Below, one piece after another: positions 40,372-50,923 of a stretch of DNA of 64,000 nt. Each line of letters starts with the position of its first letter. The stretch's first letter is position 1. A program made the position numbers and the translations under genes. The DNA comes from Opitutales bacterium (GTDB lineage Bacteria; Verrucomicrobiota; Verrucomicrobiia; Opitutales; Intestinicryptomonadaceae): the NCBI GenBank assembly GCA_015061945.1, contig SUVP01000011.1, forward strand, positions 6,572 to 70,571, given 5' to 3'. The notes below the pieces were generated by a model. It made no database searches and was not told the origin of the DNA. It was given only the letters and a program-made list of their open reading frames with translations.

Positions 40372-42618
40372 ATGAAAAACTTATTTATTTTTGTATTTAT
40401 AGCTTTGTTGAGCGTCTTTTCATACGCTGATGACATCGCACTTTTGCCTACCTCCGACAAAGATAAACCAGCAATTTCATACGACTATTTCCCAAGCCGA
40501 TTACATGCCTTTGTTTTCAGAAATTGGACAAGCATACCTGTCGAGACCCTCGCAAAAACAATCTCTGCAACACCTGCTCAAATAAATGAGATTGCCTCTG
40601 AAATGGGACTTCCACCCCAACGAAAAATTCAAGCTGAATGGATTTCCCCAAACGGCTATATTACCGTACTTCGCCGAAACTGGCACATTTTGAATTATCG
40701 CCAACTTTTGATATTGTTAGATGTCGATGCAAAAACATTGCGTTCAAGATTAGATTACGACGATTTCCTTTTTGGTAAACTTGGTAATTTTAAGCCAATT
40801 TGCGATGAGTTGCACTACAAAAAATCGACACAAGCAGTAAAAGAAAAAGCAAAGCATATCGCCAATTTGCTTAAAAAAAATCAGATAGAAAAAATAAACC
40901 AAGAGTGCGAAAAATTTGCCTTTTTTAAAAAATTTTCAAAAACAAAAGGTTTGCAAATTAAAAAAAATAATAACGAAAACATCAACATTGCATCGTCATA
41001 TTTTTCAGATTTTAGCGATCCACTTTTGACAGATGTCTCGTATCCAGAAGGCTTGCTTGAAGAACTCGCCTCTCGTGGAGTAAATGGTGTATGGCTTCAC
41101 GTTGTGTTGAATATGCTTGTTGAACCAGACGGGATATTTCCAGGCTCGAAAGACGCAAAAAGGAGAATTGCAAACCTCAATAAACTAATCGAACGTGCTG
41201 ACAAATTTGGCATAAAAGTGTGGTTATATTTCAACGAGCCACGAGGTATGGAAGGAAAATTCTACGAACAATCGCCAGCACACAAGGCAATTCGTGGAGC
41301 AAAACATCAGTCAAAAGATATCTACTGTATGTGTACATCAAATAAAGATGTTATGCAGTGGCTTTCTAAAAGCGTTGAAAAAGTGTCGAGCCAAACCCCT
41401 AAATTAGGTGGTGTATTCACAATCACTGCTTTTGAAAACCCTACAAACTGCCACTCGGGACGCAACCACAAAACGTGTCCACGATGCAAAGATAAAAAAG
41501 GCTACGATGTAATTTCAGAAGTAAATAACACAATTTTCAGAGCCTTGCGCAAAAGCAACCCATCGGCAAAACTTATTGCGTGGGACTGGGGCTGGATAAA
41601 TAAAGAAGTAGAAAAAACAATCGAACGCCTCGACAAAGATATAATTTATATGGCGTTGAGCGAAAGAGATATTCCCCTCAACTTTGGTGGTGTAAAAGCC
41701 AAGATAAATGAGTACGCACTTTCGGTTGTAGGTCCGAGCCAGAGAGCCTTGGAAAAATGGAAATACGCACAAGCAAACAAAATTGCACAAATGGCAAAAA
41801 TCCAAATAAATCTCACTTGGGAGTTTGCCTCAACCCCTGCTCTACCATTGTTAAAAACTGTTGCCCAGCACAGCAGAAATTTGAAAAACGCTGGAATAAA
41901 TAATTACTTTTTGTCGTGGAGCTTGGGTGGGTATCCGTCTGAAAATATGGAACTTTTTAATTCGTACGACATCACAAAAAGCGTCAAAGAAAATATGATG
42001 CGTATTGCTGAAAAATATTACGGCAAAAAATCGGCTGAAAAAATCTGCACAGCATGGGAGATATTTTCAGATAGCTTCAAAGAATATCCGTTCGATGTTT
42101 ACACAATTTACAAGGGTCCACACAACGTCGGCGTTGCAAACCCAATATACGCACGCAAGACAAATTTTAGTGCAACTATGGTCTGCTACCCTTTCGACGA
42201 TTTAAAAAGCTGGCGTTCCATTTATCCTGAAAATATTTATATCGACCAAATGCGTAAAGTTGCAACGGGTTTCAGCAAGGCACTTGAAGTCTTGGAAAGT
42301 GTCGACACAAATGATATGACAAATTCAGAAAAATCGCATTTCATACAAATGAAAAATTGGGCGACAACTGCATACATCCACTTTGCGTCGACGGTTAATC
42401 AGGCAGAATTTGTGAAATTGCGCGATGAACAAAAACAAGCAAACATTGGTAAAATACAAACAATTCTCGACTCCGAAGAAACGCTCACAAAACGTCAACT
42501 TGAAATAGCCTTAGTCGATACATACGTTGGCTTTGAATGTGCCAACCACTATTATTATACTGCAATAGATTTCTTTGAAAAGTTGATTAGTATAGACTTT
42601 GCACGCAAAAACTTTTAA
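40372..42618 (+). CDS. Secreted hypothetical protein with putative TIM-barrel and NEP motif; paralogue of 45225..47459
   Basis: Signal peptide MKNLFIF..., FPSRLHAFVFRNW, GVNGVWLH, WLYFNEPRG, CTS...ENPTNC...CPRC, SWSLGGYP. Confidence 0.8.
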   Translation: MKNLFIFVFIALLSVFSYADDIALLPTSDKDKPAISYDYFPSRLHAFVFRNWTSIPVETLAKTISATPAQINEIASEMGLPPQRKIQAEWISPNGYITVLRRNWHILNYRQLLILLDVDAKTLRSRLDYDDFLFGKLGNFKPICDELHYKKSTQAVKEKAKHIANLLKKNQIEKINQECEKFAFFKKFSKTKGLQIKKNNNENINIASSYFSDFSDPLLTDVSYPEGLLEELASRGVNGVWLHVVLNMLVEPDGIFPGSKDAKRRIANLNKLIERADKFGIKVWLYFNEPRGMEGKFYEQSPAHKAIRGAKHQSKDIYCMCTSNKDVMQWLSKSVEKVSSQTPKLGGVFTITAFENPTNCHSGRNHKTCPRCKDKKGYDVISEVNNTIFRALRKSNPSAKLIAWDWGWINKEVEKTIERLDKDIIYMALSERDIPLNFGGVKAKINEYALSVVGPSQRALEKWKYAQANKIAQMAKIQINLTWEFASTPALPLLKTVAQHSRNLKNAGINNYFLSWSLGGYPSENMELFNSYDITKSVKENMMRIAEKYYGKKSAEKICTAWEIFSDSFKEYPFDVYTIYKGPHNVGVANPIYARKTNFSATMVCYPFDDLKSWRSIYPENIYIDQMRKVATGFSKALEVLESVDTNDMTNSEKSHFIQMKNWATTAYIHFASTVNQAEFVKLRDEQKQANIGKIQTILDSEETLTKRQLEIALVDTYVGFECANHYYYTAIDFFEKLISIDFARKNF

Positions 42619-42635
42619 TTTAAAAATAGAAAAAT

Positions 42636-45155
42636 ATGAAGAAGATTATCACAACAACATTGGTATTGCTGACGATTTTTTCGGTCGGGTGCAAGAAACG
42701 TGATCCAGAAGTCAGCAAGGTTGAAATTATAAATGGCGTTCCACGTCTAATTGTGCAAGGCGAAGTTGTACGTCCACGCTCGCTGTATGTATCGCCAACC
42801 TATTTCATTTTAGGCTCGCCAACCGATAGAAATATTTATGCAAATACCGATGTTGAAACTTTCATCGAAATACCTGCAATGAACACTCCATTGAAAAATG
42901 CGTCGATTGAGATGAAGTCGGGTAAGCCTGCAGAATTCACGCTTTATAGCTTAAAAATCAAAGAAGAATTTGGCGAACAAAAAGAAGTTTTTAATCTCGA
43001 TATAAAAGAGCCGTTGCAACTTTCAACAAATAATGAAATCGAGTTCAAGAATGTAAATCTTCAAGCAAACAAGAGCTATCGTATCTATTATAAAGTTAGA
43101 GCAAAACAACAATTTTATCTGAAAACTTATTTGGCAAAAGATGGCAAATTGTTTGCACCTATATTGAAGTCGCACGTTGGTGCTCAAGTGAAAATCGCAA
43201 AAGACGCTGGAATAGACATCATAACATTCCCTGTTCAAGTGGCAGATTTTATGCAAGAAAATGGCAAGCCAAATATCGACAATTTAAAGAACACACTCGA
43301 CGAGATTATTTCGGCAAACCCAAACGCAAAAATTATTGTCCGTGTGCGTTGCTATCCTCCCAAATGGTGGAACAAAAAATATCCCGATGATATGACTTAC
43401 ACTGCTGACGGCAAACAAGGATTTTTCGCAAGCATAATCTCGCCAAGATTTCGCAAAGATGTCGGGAATGCGTTTACACAAATTATCAAATATTGCGAAG
43501 CAAATTATAACAAAAATGTAGTCGGATACCACGCTGGTGGAGGAAATTCTTGCGAGTGGTATATGACTGACACTTGGAGAAACCCACGTTTTAGACAAGG
43601 CTACGGAAAGTCGGAAACAAATTCGTGGAGAACATGGCTTGCAAAAAAATATCCAAATTCACAAGCCTTGCAAAAAGCGTGGAATAATAAAAACGTCAGC
43701 TTGGAAACTGCACCTGTACCGACTCCACAAGAACGTAAAATCGACTTTTTGTCTAATCCACAAACGCAACAAAATGTGATAGATTTTAACAGATTTCGCC
43801 AAGACGAAGTTTCGGCAACTGTCAACTTCTTCGCAAAAATTATACGCACAAATGCACCAAAGAAACTCGCCCTAACCTTCTACGGCTACACAGCACAATT
43901 CTCCAACCATATCAATGGTGCTGGCGTTACTGGACACTTTAATCTTTGGAATACTTTGAAGTCGGAAAATATCGATATTTTCTGTGCGCCAACCTCGTAT
44001 TTTTATCGTGCACTCGGTACACCGACAATCAATATGACAGCGTCTGAAACAATTACACGTGCTGGCAAAATTTGGCTCGACGAAGACGATATTCGCACTC
44101 ACAGATGCCCTCCGACAGAACAACAAGTGTCAGGCTTTGAAACGTGCTTGAAAAATGTCGACGAAACAAAAGAAATTCTCAAACGCCAAATGATTCACGA
44201 AGCAATCAAAAACAATGCGTCATGGTGGATGGATTTGACTGGTTTGGGCTGGTACGAAGAAGCAGAAATTTGGGAAGTTCAAAAGATGTTTGATAAAATC
44301 GAAAAAGACATTATCGAAAACGGAAAATTGTACGAACCTGAATTTGCATTATATGCCGACGAACGCTCAATCTTGCACTCGAGCCTCACAAGTAAATCAA
44401 AATGCACAACGGGACTTTTCAATTTGTACGAAAAAAATTTCACAAAATTCGCAACCCCATATGGCAAGTATCTCTTTGCTGATTTTGCGTACGGCAAGCC
44501 AATCAACGCAAAACTCCACCTCTTTGCGTCAACCTACGCACTCACTGCGAACGAGCGAAAAATTATGCGAGAAAAAACACGCAACACATGTGCAATTTTT
44601 GCGTGGATTCCAGCGTACATAGATGCCGACAAAAATGTTTTCTCTGAAAATGCAGTCGAAGAAGCAACTGGTTTCAAAGTTAAGCTCGCAAAGAATTTGA
44701 CATCGGCAAAACTCAATCCAACTTCATACGGGAAGAAAATTGGCATAACAGAAACATTCGGCTTTGATGAAAATGTTGAACCATTACTTATCCCCGAAAC
44801 AAAGTCTGGCGATATCGTATTTGCGACATATCAAGACGGCTCGCCTGCTGTTGTCTTGCGTGGCAAACATCTTTTCTGTGGCGTTGCAAATATCCCTGAC
44901 GCACTCACAACATATATGTTAAAGCTCGCAAAAGTTCATCGCTACTCACAACAAAATGTGCTTGTTACGGCAAACGATAAATACGTTGGTGCTACTTGTA
45001 TCGACGGAATAATCGAACCACACGATGTGAAGTTCAACTTCAAAAACAAATGCAAAATCTTTGACGCTTTCACAAATGAAAAGCTCGGGAATAATGGTAC
45101 TGCGACTATAAAAATGAAACGTGGCGACACTCGCGTGTTCCGTCTCGAAAAATAA
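42636..45155 (+). CDS. GH42-like (clan GH-A) glycoside hydrolase, predicted lipoprotein
   Basis: Lipobox FSVGC, PPKWWNKKYP, GGGNSCEWY, WRTWLAKKYPNSQALQKAWN, WLDEDDIRT, WMDLTGLGW. Confidence 0.75.
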   Translation: MKKIITTTLVLLTIFSVGCKKRDPEVSKVEIINGVPRLIVQGEVVRPRSLYVSPTYFILGSPTDRNIYANTDVETFIEIPAMNTPLKNASIEMKSGKPAEFTLYSLKIKEEFGEQKEVFNLDIKEPLQLSTNNEIEFKNVNLQANKSYRIYYKVRAKQQFYLKTYLAKDGKLFAPILKSHVGAQVKIAKDAGIDIITFPVQVADFMQENGKPNIDNLKNTLDEIISANPNAKIIVRVRCYPPKWWNKKYPDDMTYTADGKQGFFASIISPRFRKDVGNAFTQIIKYCEANYNKNVVGYHAGGGNSCEWYMTDTWRNPRFRQGYGKSETNSWRTWLAKKYPNSQALQKAWNNKNVSLETAPVPTPQERKIDFLSNPQTQQNVIDFNRFRQDEVSATVNFFAKIIRTNAPKKLALTFYGYTAQFSNHINGAGVTGHFNLWNTLKSENIDIFCAPTSYFYRALGTPTINMTASETITRAGKIWLDEDDIRTHRCPPTEQQVSGFETCLKNVDETKEILKRQMIHEAIKNNASWWMDLTGLGWYEEAEIWEVQKMFDKIEKDIIENGKLYEPEFALYADERSILHSSLTSKSKCTTGLFNLYEKNFTKFATPYGKYLFADFAYGKPINAKLHLFASTYALTANERKIMREKTRNTCAIFAWIPAYIDADKNVFSENAVEEATGFKVKLAKNLTSAKLNPTSYGKKIGITETFGFDENVEPLLIPETKSGDIVFATYQDGSPAVVLRGKHLFCGVANIPDALTTYMLKLAKVHRYSQQNVLVTANDKYVGATCIDGIIEPHDVKFNFKNKCKIFDAFTNEKLGNNGTATIKMKRGDTRVFRLEK

Positions 45156-45172
45156 TGTAGGCAGAAATAACC

Positions 45173-45216
45173 AAACAAAAAACTGCATCATGGAAATCCG
45201 ATGCAGTTTTGTTTTT
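45173..45216. terminator. Bidirectional intrinsic terminator
   Basis: aaaactgcatc-atggaaatcc-gatgcagtttt between convergent genes. Confidence 0.75.
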
Positions 45217-45224
45217 GTTAGTTT

Positions 45225-47459
45225 TTAGCGAGCGTAATCTATGCTCAAAAGTTTTTCGTAAACATCTATTGCAGTAAAGAAATAGTGGTTTGACGATTCA
45301 TACCCAATGTGCGCGTCTTTCTTTAAATTACTAATCATTTCCTTTGCGAGCAATTCTTCGGAATCGAGAATTTTTGCGAGACGCTTCGGGGAAAATGGTA
45401 CAGATTTATCGCGAAGTTGCAAATACTCTGCTTGGTTGACAGTCGATACAAAATGAATTCGGGCAACATCAGACCATATAAACATTTTCTCAAATTCTGC
45501 CTTTTGCGTCGGAGTCATTTTTGATGTATCCACACTTCTGAAAATTTCCATTCCCTTGACAAATCCATCGGCAACTTTGCGCATTTGAGAGATGTAACCC
45601 TCCTCGGAGAATATCGAACGCCAACCCTTTAAATCGTCGTATGGATACCCTACCATTGTTGCGCCGTAGTTAGTTTTTTCTGTATAAATGGGGTTCGCAA
45701 CGCCAACATTATGTGGAGCACGATACAGCCCTCTTATATAAAACGGATACTCCTCAAAGGCAGATGAAAATATCTCCCATGCTTTTAAAATTTTTTCTGT
45801 TTGCGAAGTGCCGTAATATTTTTCTGCAATAAAACGCAAATTTTCTTCGAGAGATTTATTGATGTCGTATCGGTTAAAAAGCTCCAAGTTTGGAGTTGGG
45901 TAGCCACCCAAACTCCACGACAAAAAGAAATCGTGTATGCCATTTTCGCGAAGTGCTTTTGAGTGTCGCCCTGCGATATTCATAACTGGTAATGCTGGTG
46001 TTGATGCGAACTCCCACGATATATTCACTTGAACTTTAGCCATTGTGCGTATGCCTAAATCTTTTGCAAACTTTGCACACTCGATAGAATCGGCACTTGG
46101 TCCAACAACAGACAATGAGTATTCAAAAATCTTTGCATTTGCACCACCTCGTTTCATCTCGCAACCAATTTCGCTGACGAGCATAACGATTATCCCTTTA
46201 TCGAGTTTCGGCAAAATTTCTTTAAATGTTTTCTTACCCCAACGCCAATCCCACGCAATCAATTCTGACGCTGGCGATACTCGTTTTATTGCACGATAAA
46301 TTGTGTTATTGACTTCCGCAATAACATCGGCACGCCCACGAGCCTCGCATACATTGCACGCTTTATCATAACCTGTGCGAGCCAAACAGTTTGTCGGGTT
46401 TTCCGACGCTGTAATTGTAAATACCCCACCTAAATTTGGCACTTGAGTAAAAATGCGTTCTGTTGCTTGCGAAAGCCACTGTAAAACTTCTGGTTTTGAT
46501 GTACACAATGTTCGCACATTAAAGTATGGATAATGTGCACCAGCCAACGCCATTCGCTCGGGCGACGACTCAAAGAAAGAATCGTGCAATCCGCGTGGCT
46601 CGTTGAAATAAAGCCAAATTTTTATACCATATTTTTCGGCACGTTTAATTAGGTTGTTGAGATTTTTTATACGCGTTGGTGCGTCTTTAGAACCTTTAAA
46701 AACTCCCATTGGTTCTACAAGCGAGTTCAACACAACGTGCAACCAAACGCCATTGACACCTTTTTTTGCGAGTTCTTCAAGCAATCCGTCGGGATAAGAT
46801 TTATCCGACATCAACGGGTCTGCATATTCGGAAAAATACGAAAACGCAATTCTGATATCGTTATCTTTTTGCACTATAAAATCGCCTTTAGCATTTGCAA
46901 AATTTTTGATAAATGTAAATTTTTCGGCTTCGTCAAAAAGCGTTTCGATTTTTGCAGAACGCAAAATCTTTGCAACGCGTTTCGATTTTTCTTTGATTTC
47001 AGAAGTAGGCTTTTCGTATTTCAGCTCGTTGCAAATCGGTTTAAAGTTGCCGAGCTTTTGCAAAAGGAAGTCCTCATCTATCAGGCGATGGTTTAGCGTC
47101 TTTGCGTCGAGCCCTGTTAAAATCAGTAATTGACGATAATTGAGCAAGTGCCAATTTCTGCGAACAACCGTAATATACCCCTTGGGAGATTCCCATAGTG
47201 GCGAAATTTTCTTTTGTGGAGGAAGCCCCATATCTGACGCTATTTCTTCAATCTGCGTTGGTGTAGCATCAACAACTTTTGCGAGGCGTTCAACACTCAC
47301 ACTTGTCCAATTTCTAAAGACAAATGCGTGCAAGCGACTCGGAAAATATTTATATTCGATTGAAGGTTTTTGTGCACTTGAATGAGGCAAAATAGTTATG
47401 TCGTTAGCAAATAAAAAGTTTGCGACAAAACACGACAACATAATAAAAATCGTTCTCAT
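45225..47459 (-). CDS. Secreted hypothetical protein, paralogue of 40372..42618
   Basis: Signal peptide, FPSRLHAFVFRNW, GVNGVWLH, WLYFNEPRG, CTS...ENPTNC...CNVC, SWSLGGYP. Confidence 0.8.
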   Translation of the reverse strand: MRTIFIMLSCFVANFLFANDITILPHSSAQKPSIEYKYFPSRLHAFVFRNWTSVSVERLAKVVDATPTQIEEIASDMGLPPQKKISPLWESPKGYITVVRRNWHLLNYRQLLILTGLDAKTLNHRLIDEDFLLQKLGNFKPICNELKYEKPTSEIKEKSKRVAKILRSAKIETLFDEAEKFTFIKNFANAKGDFIVQKDNDIRIAFSYFSEYADPLMSDKSYPDGLLEELAKKGVNGVWLHVVLNSLVEPMGVFKGSKDAPTRIKNLNNLIKRAEKYGIKIWLYFNEPRGLHDSFFESSPERMALAGAHYPYFNVRTLCTSKPEVLQWLSQATERIFTQVPNLGGVFTITASENPTNCLARTGYDKACNVCEARGRADVIAEVNNTIYRAIKRVSPASELIAWDWRWGKKTFKEILPKLDKGIIVMLVSEIGCEMKRGGANAKIFEYSLSVVGPSADSIECAKFAKDLGIRTMAKVQVNISWEFASTPALPVMNIAGRHSKALRENGIHDFFLSWSLGGYPTPNLELFNRYDINKSLEENLRFIAEKYYGTSQTEKILKAWEIFSSAFEEYPFYIRGLYRAPHNVGVANPIYTEKTNYGATMVGYPYDDLKGWRSIFSEEGYISQMRKVADGFVKGMEIFRSVDTSKMTPTQKAEFEKMFIWSDVARIHFVSTVNQAEYLQLRDKSVPFSPKRLAKILDSEELLAKEMISNLKKDAHIGYESSNHYFFTAIDVYEKLLSIDYAR

Positions 47460-47502
47460 AATTTTACTCTGCTATAGCGTAAAAAATATGTCAACAAAGA
47501 AC

Positions 47503-47530
47503 AAAAAAGCGAACTCATTTGAGCTCGCTT
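47503..47530 (-). terminator. Intrinsic terminator
   Basis: Minus strand aagcgagctc-aaat-gagttcgctttttt. Confidence 0.7.
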
Positions 47531-47546
47531 AAATTTGATTTTAAAT

Positions 47547-49442
47547 TTATTTTTGCTTAAACCACGTTTTAATTTCAGAGACGCTGTCGAATGTTTTTCC
47601 AGCCGAGCCGTAATTTATAAAACGTCGCCACTTGCCATTTTCGAGAAGTACATCAACTGCGATATGTACATTTTTTAAGCAAACAGGCTTCCAAACGGGC
47701 TTGCCATTTTCAAGTTTAATCGGAGCTGGCTCGCCAAAATCTGCCGTGTAAAGTTGATCTTGAACGAGCGTATATCGACCTTTTGAAAGGCTGATTAAAT
47801 CGCTCCCAGCTGGGTCTTTTACAATCTTGATATCGGAATTAAATGTTAGCGATATTTCGTCGCCATTTTTCCAGTTGCGAACAATTTTACAATACGATGC
47901 TGGCGTTGCGTTGAATGTTTCTTTGCCGTTTACAACAACGCTTGGCGAGTCGCACCAACGTGGAATTCGGAAAGCAATTTCAAATTTTGCAGTGTCGTCT
48001 TTGATTCCCGACAATTTCACTTTTGCAGTGTCGTTAAAGATAAAATCGACATCGCTCATAATTAAATCGACATTACCATTGCCGTACGACAATGTCGCAT
48101 TGCTCTTTTCGTAAAAATTCACAACTACACCATTTTTGCTCGTCATATATGCGAACTTTGGTGCAAGGAACAAACTGCGTATACCATTTGTCGAACAGCA
48201 AGTTTTCTTTGTTGCTCTTTCTTTGAATCTACGGCCTCTCGCTCCGTCCATTGGGGTTGAACCAATCCACGATTCGCCCAAAGAATCGAGGTGTGCAATC
48301 AAGCCATTATACATCGAAAGCTCGATATGGTCGGCGTACTGGACATCGCCAGTCAGACGCAAAAGTTGTCCGCAAAGTTTAATCCAAGTGGCAGTTACGC
48401 AAACTTCGTTCCAGCAAAGGTGTCCATTTGTTTGAATAAACTTGCCTTTCACCCACTGCTCGTGGATAGCACCCGAACCTACGACATTTATCTCTGTATC
48501 TCTAATACTGCGTGCATGGTTGAGAACTGCTTTCAAATATTTTTCATCGCCTGTTGTACGATAAAGTTCTGCGAGACCCTCAAAACACGAAGCCATTTCA
48601 TACGCTTTTGAAAGCCCGCACTTGAGATATTGATTTAAATTGAGAGGCTCTTTGCCGTCATAAAACATATCGAGAACATCAGTATTTTTCAGTGCTTTGT
48701 TGAGCAAATCAGGCTTAATTGGCGATTTCTCCCAGCGTCCGACAATCCAATTTGCGTAATCGAGATACTTTTGTTCTCCCGTTGCACGATACAAAAGAAC
48801 AATCGGTTCGAGAATACTTGTCGACGCACAACCAAACCAACAACCAATTTGCACAATATCTTTCTTACCTTCGCCGACGTGTTGCATTATGTAATCGGTA
48901 TGGCGTCTTGCGGAATCGAGCACCTTTTTATCGCCAGTGCGTGTGTAATAATCGAGAAGTCCGAGCAAGGTATATTTTCTTCCCCACAAGTCCCACGAGA
49001 TTTTATCTTTGTAGCCAAAACCACCTGTTTCATTTAATTTAAATTCGTGTGCTTTTTGATATGTTGTGATTGACCCATACTCGTCTTGTGTCGACATCAA
49101 GTCGGCTATTGATTTATCCAAGCGAGCTTTAAAATAATACGATGGTTTATAATCGTAAGCAAGCAATGCCCCAGTGAACCACTTTCCCCAAAATTCGCAA
49201 TCCCAACGACGTGTTTCTGGACGCGTGCGAAATGGTGTTACCAAACTATCAATCTCGCAAACTAAAACATCGCCACGCAACGACAATTCGAGAGTATCGC
49301 CCAAAACGCCTTGCAATTCAACCTTTGTAGGTTCGGAATATTTAAAAGCGTCATCAACCTTAGGTTTTACGACATCGCCAGCAAACAGCAAATTTACATT
49401 TGTAAATGCCCCTATCAAAACAGATAAATAAAAACGTTTCAT
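47547..49442 (-). CDS. GH127/GH146-like beta-L-arabinofuranosidase family protein (DUF1680)
   Basis: WDCEFWGKW, KAYEM, NEVCVTATW (ETC-like), DHIELSMYN, CCSTNG, FRIPRWC. Start taken at MKRFYLS. Confidence 0.85.
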   Translation of the reverse strand: MKRFYLSVLIGAFTNVNLLFAGDVVKPKVDDAFKYSEPTKVELQGVLGDTLELSLRGDVLVCEIDSLVTPFRTRPETRRWDCEFWGKWFTGALLAYDYKPSYYFKARLDKSIADLMSTQDEYGSITTYQKAHEFKLNETGGFGYKDKISWDLWGRKYTLLGLLDYYTRTGDKKVLDSARRHTDYIMQHVGEGKKDIVQIGCWFGCASTSILEPIVLLYRATGEQKYLDYANWIVGRWEKSPIKPDLLNKALKNTDVLDMFYDGKEPLNLNQYLKCGLSKAYEMASCFEGLAELYRTTGDEKYLKAVLNHARSIRDTEINVVGSGAIHEQWVKGKFIQTNGHLCWNEVCVTATWIKLCGQLLRLTGDVQYADHIELSMYNGLIAHLDSLGESWIGSTPMDGARGRRFKERATKKTCCSTNGIRSLFLAPKFAYMTSKNGVVVNFYEKSNATLSYGNGNVDLIMSDVDFIFNDTAKVKLSGIKDDTAKFEIAFRIPRWCDSPSVVVNGKETFNATPASYCKIVRNWKNGDEISLTFNSDIKIVKDPAGSDLISLSKGRYTLVQDQLYTADFGEPAPIKLENGKPVWKPVCLKNVHIAVDVLLENGKWRRFINYGSAGKTFDSVSEIKTWFKQK

Positions 49443-49663
49443 TAAAGATAGAAATATTTTAAGCAATTATTTGCGTCAAGGTTTTTCGGATAAATTCCAC
49501 ATAAAACCAACTATATTAAACATTGTAATTATGGATAAAAAACGAACACGATAAAAAATCTGCAAAAAAACGCAAAAAGTGAAAAAAATAGCTTGCAAAG
49601 TAAATTTTTAACGGCACTATTCTGTAAATCAATTTTTATTTAAACATATAAATTATTCAAAAA

Positions 49664-49849
49664 ATGGCAGAAGAATCAAAGAAAAAGAACGCAGCAGAAC
49701 TTACCTTCACTGACACTGAAGCTCTCAACCGCTATGTCACAGAAACGGGCAAAATCCTTCCCCGTAAATTCACTGGCTTGACAGCAAAAGAACAACGTCA
49801 CGTTAAGAAGACTGTTAAGCACGCTCGCAATATGCTTCTTATGAAGTAA
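49664..49849 (+). CDS. rpsR: 30S ribosomal protein S18 (short, Cys-free)
   Basis: LNRYVTETGKILPRKFTGLTAKEQRHVKKTVKHARNMLLM. Confidence 0.93.
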   Translation: MAEESKKKNAAELTFTDTEALNRYVTETGKILPRKFTGLTAKEQRHVKKTVKHARNMLLMK

Positions 49850-49910
49850 GCTGAGGCGTTGTTTCTCCGTCCATGTCGGTCGGAAGAAATATTGCACTCA
49901 TTGTCTTCGT

Positions 49911-50882
49911 ATGAAAGATTTTAAACAGCAACGGCCGTTCTGCGATATTAACGTAGCGGCCGATTTTATTTTGTCGGGAGGTATCGGTGGTGTCCCTACC
50001 GAAACCGTTTACGGCTTGGCTTGCGATGCCACAAACGAATCAGCCGTACGAAAAATCTTTTCCGCAAAAGGTCGCCCATTTATCGACCCACTAATCGTAC
50101 ACGTTTGCGATATGGAAATGGCAGAATCGGTTGCCCATTTTTCAGACGACGCAAAAAAACTTGCCGAAAAATTTTGGGCTGGACCATTGACGATGATTCT
50201 CCCGAAAAAAGATTGTATCGGCGATATTGTTACGGCAGGCTTCGATACTGTCGCTGTGAGAATGCCGTCGCACCCGATGATGTTAGAGCTTATCAGAAAA
50301 TCGGGAAAACCAATTTCGGCACCCAGTGCAAATCCATTCGGGTATGTCAGTCCGACAACGGCAGAACACGTTCGCGAGCAACTCGGCGATAAGATTGATT
50401 TTATTGTCGACGGCGGTGAATGCAAATGTGGCGTAGAATCGACAATAGTAATGATGACATCTACCCCAAAGAAACTACTCCGCCCCGGTCCTATATCAGC
50501 CCAAGAAATAGAATCTGTACTTGGCGAAGAACTCGACAAAACGCCAAAGAAAAATGAAGCTCACCCACAAGCACCTGGGATGCTCAAAAGCCATTACAGC
50601 CCAAAATCGAGACTGACGCTTTTTGAAAATCCAGAAGAAATACCCTCCTCTTTCAGTGGCGAAATTATATTTTTTAAGCGTCCAGAAAATCCACAAAGCA
50701 ACCATTATTGGCTTTCGGAAAATGGGAATCCGCAAGAATCGGCACGAAATCTTTTTGCACTACTTCGCAAGCTGGATAAAATCTCGCAAAACGGCTTCTA
50801 CTGCCAAAAAGCACCAAATACAGACATCGGCGTGGCGATAAACGATAGACTCGCACGAGCTGAAACAAAGTTTGACAAATAA
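49911..50882 (+). CDS. tsaC: L-threonylcarbamoyladenylate synthase, Sua5 type
   Basis: PTETVYGLA, KGRPFIDPLIVH, AVRMPSHP, SAPSANPFG, GVESTIV, APGMLKSHYSP (Sua5 linker), AINDRL. Confidence 0.93.
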   Translation: MKDFKQQRPFCDINVAADFILSGGIGGVPTETVYGLACDATNESAVRKIFSAKGRPFIDPLIVHVCDMEMAESVAHFSDDAKKLAEKFWAGPLTMILPKKDCIGDIVTAGFDTVAVRMPSHPMMLELIRKSGKPISAPSANPFGYVSPTTAEHVREQLGDKIDFIVDGGECKCGVESTIVMMTSTPKKLLRPGPISAQEIESVLGEELDKTPKKNEAHPQAPGMLKSHYSPKSRLTLFENPEEIPSSFSGEIIFFKRPENPQSNHYWLSENGNPQESARNLFALLRKLDKISQNGFYCQKAPNTDIGVAINDRLARAETKFDK

Positions 50883-50894
50883 TACGCTTTGTTG

Positions 50895-50923
50895 AAAATC
50901 TCCTTAATTTAGGAGATTTTTTT
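50895..50923 (+). terminator. Terminator-like hairpin overlapping the next gene's AGGAG
   Basis: aaaatctcct-taattt-aggagatttt-ttt directly before the ATG at 50924. Confidence 0.7.

Noticed and set aside
49850-49900. Imperfect hairpin between rpsR and tsaC
   Set aside because: It has no U tract and no identifiable RNA family; the evidence is insufficient
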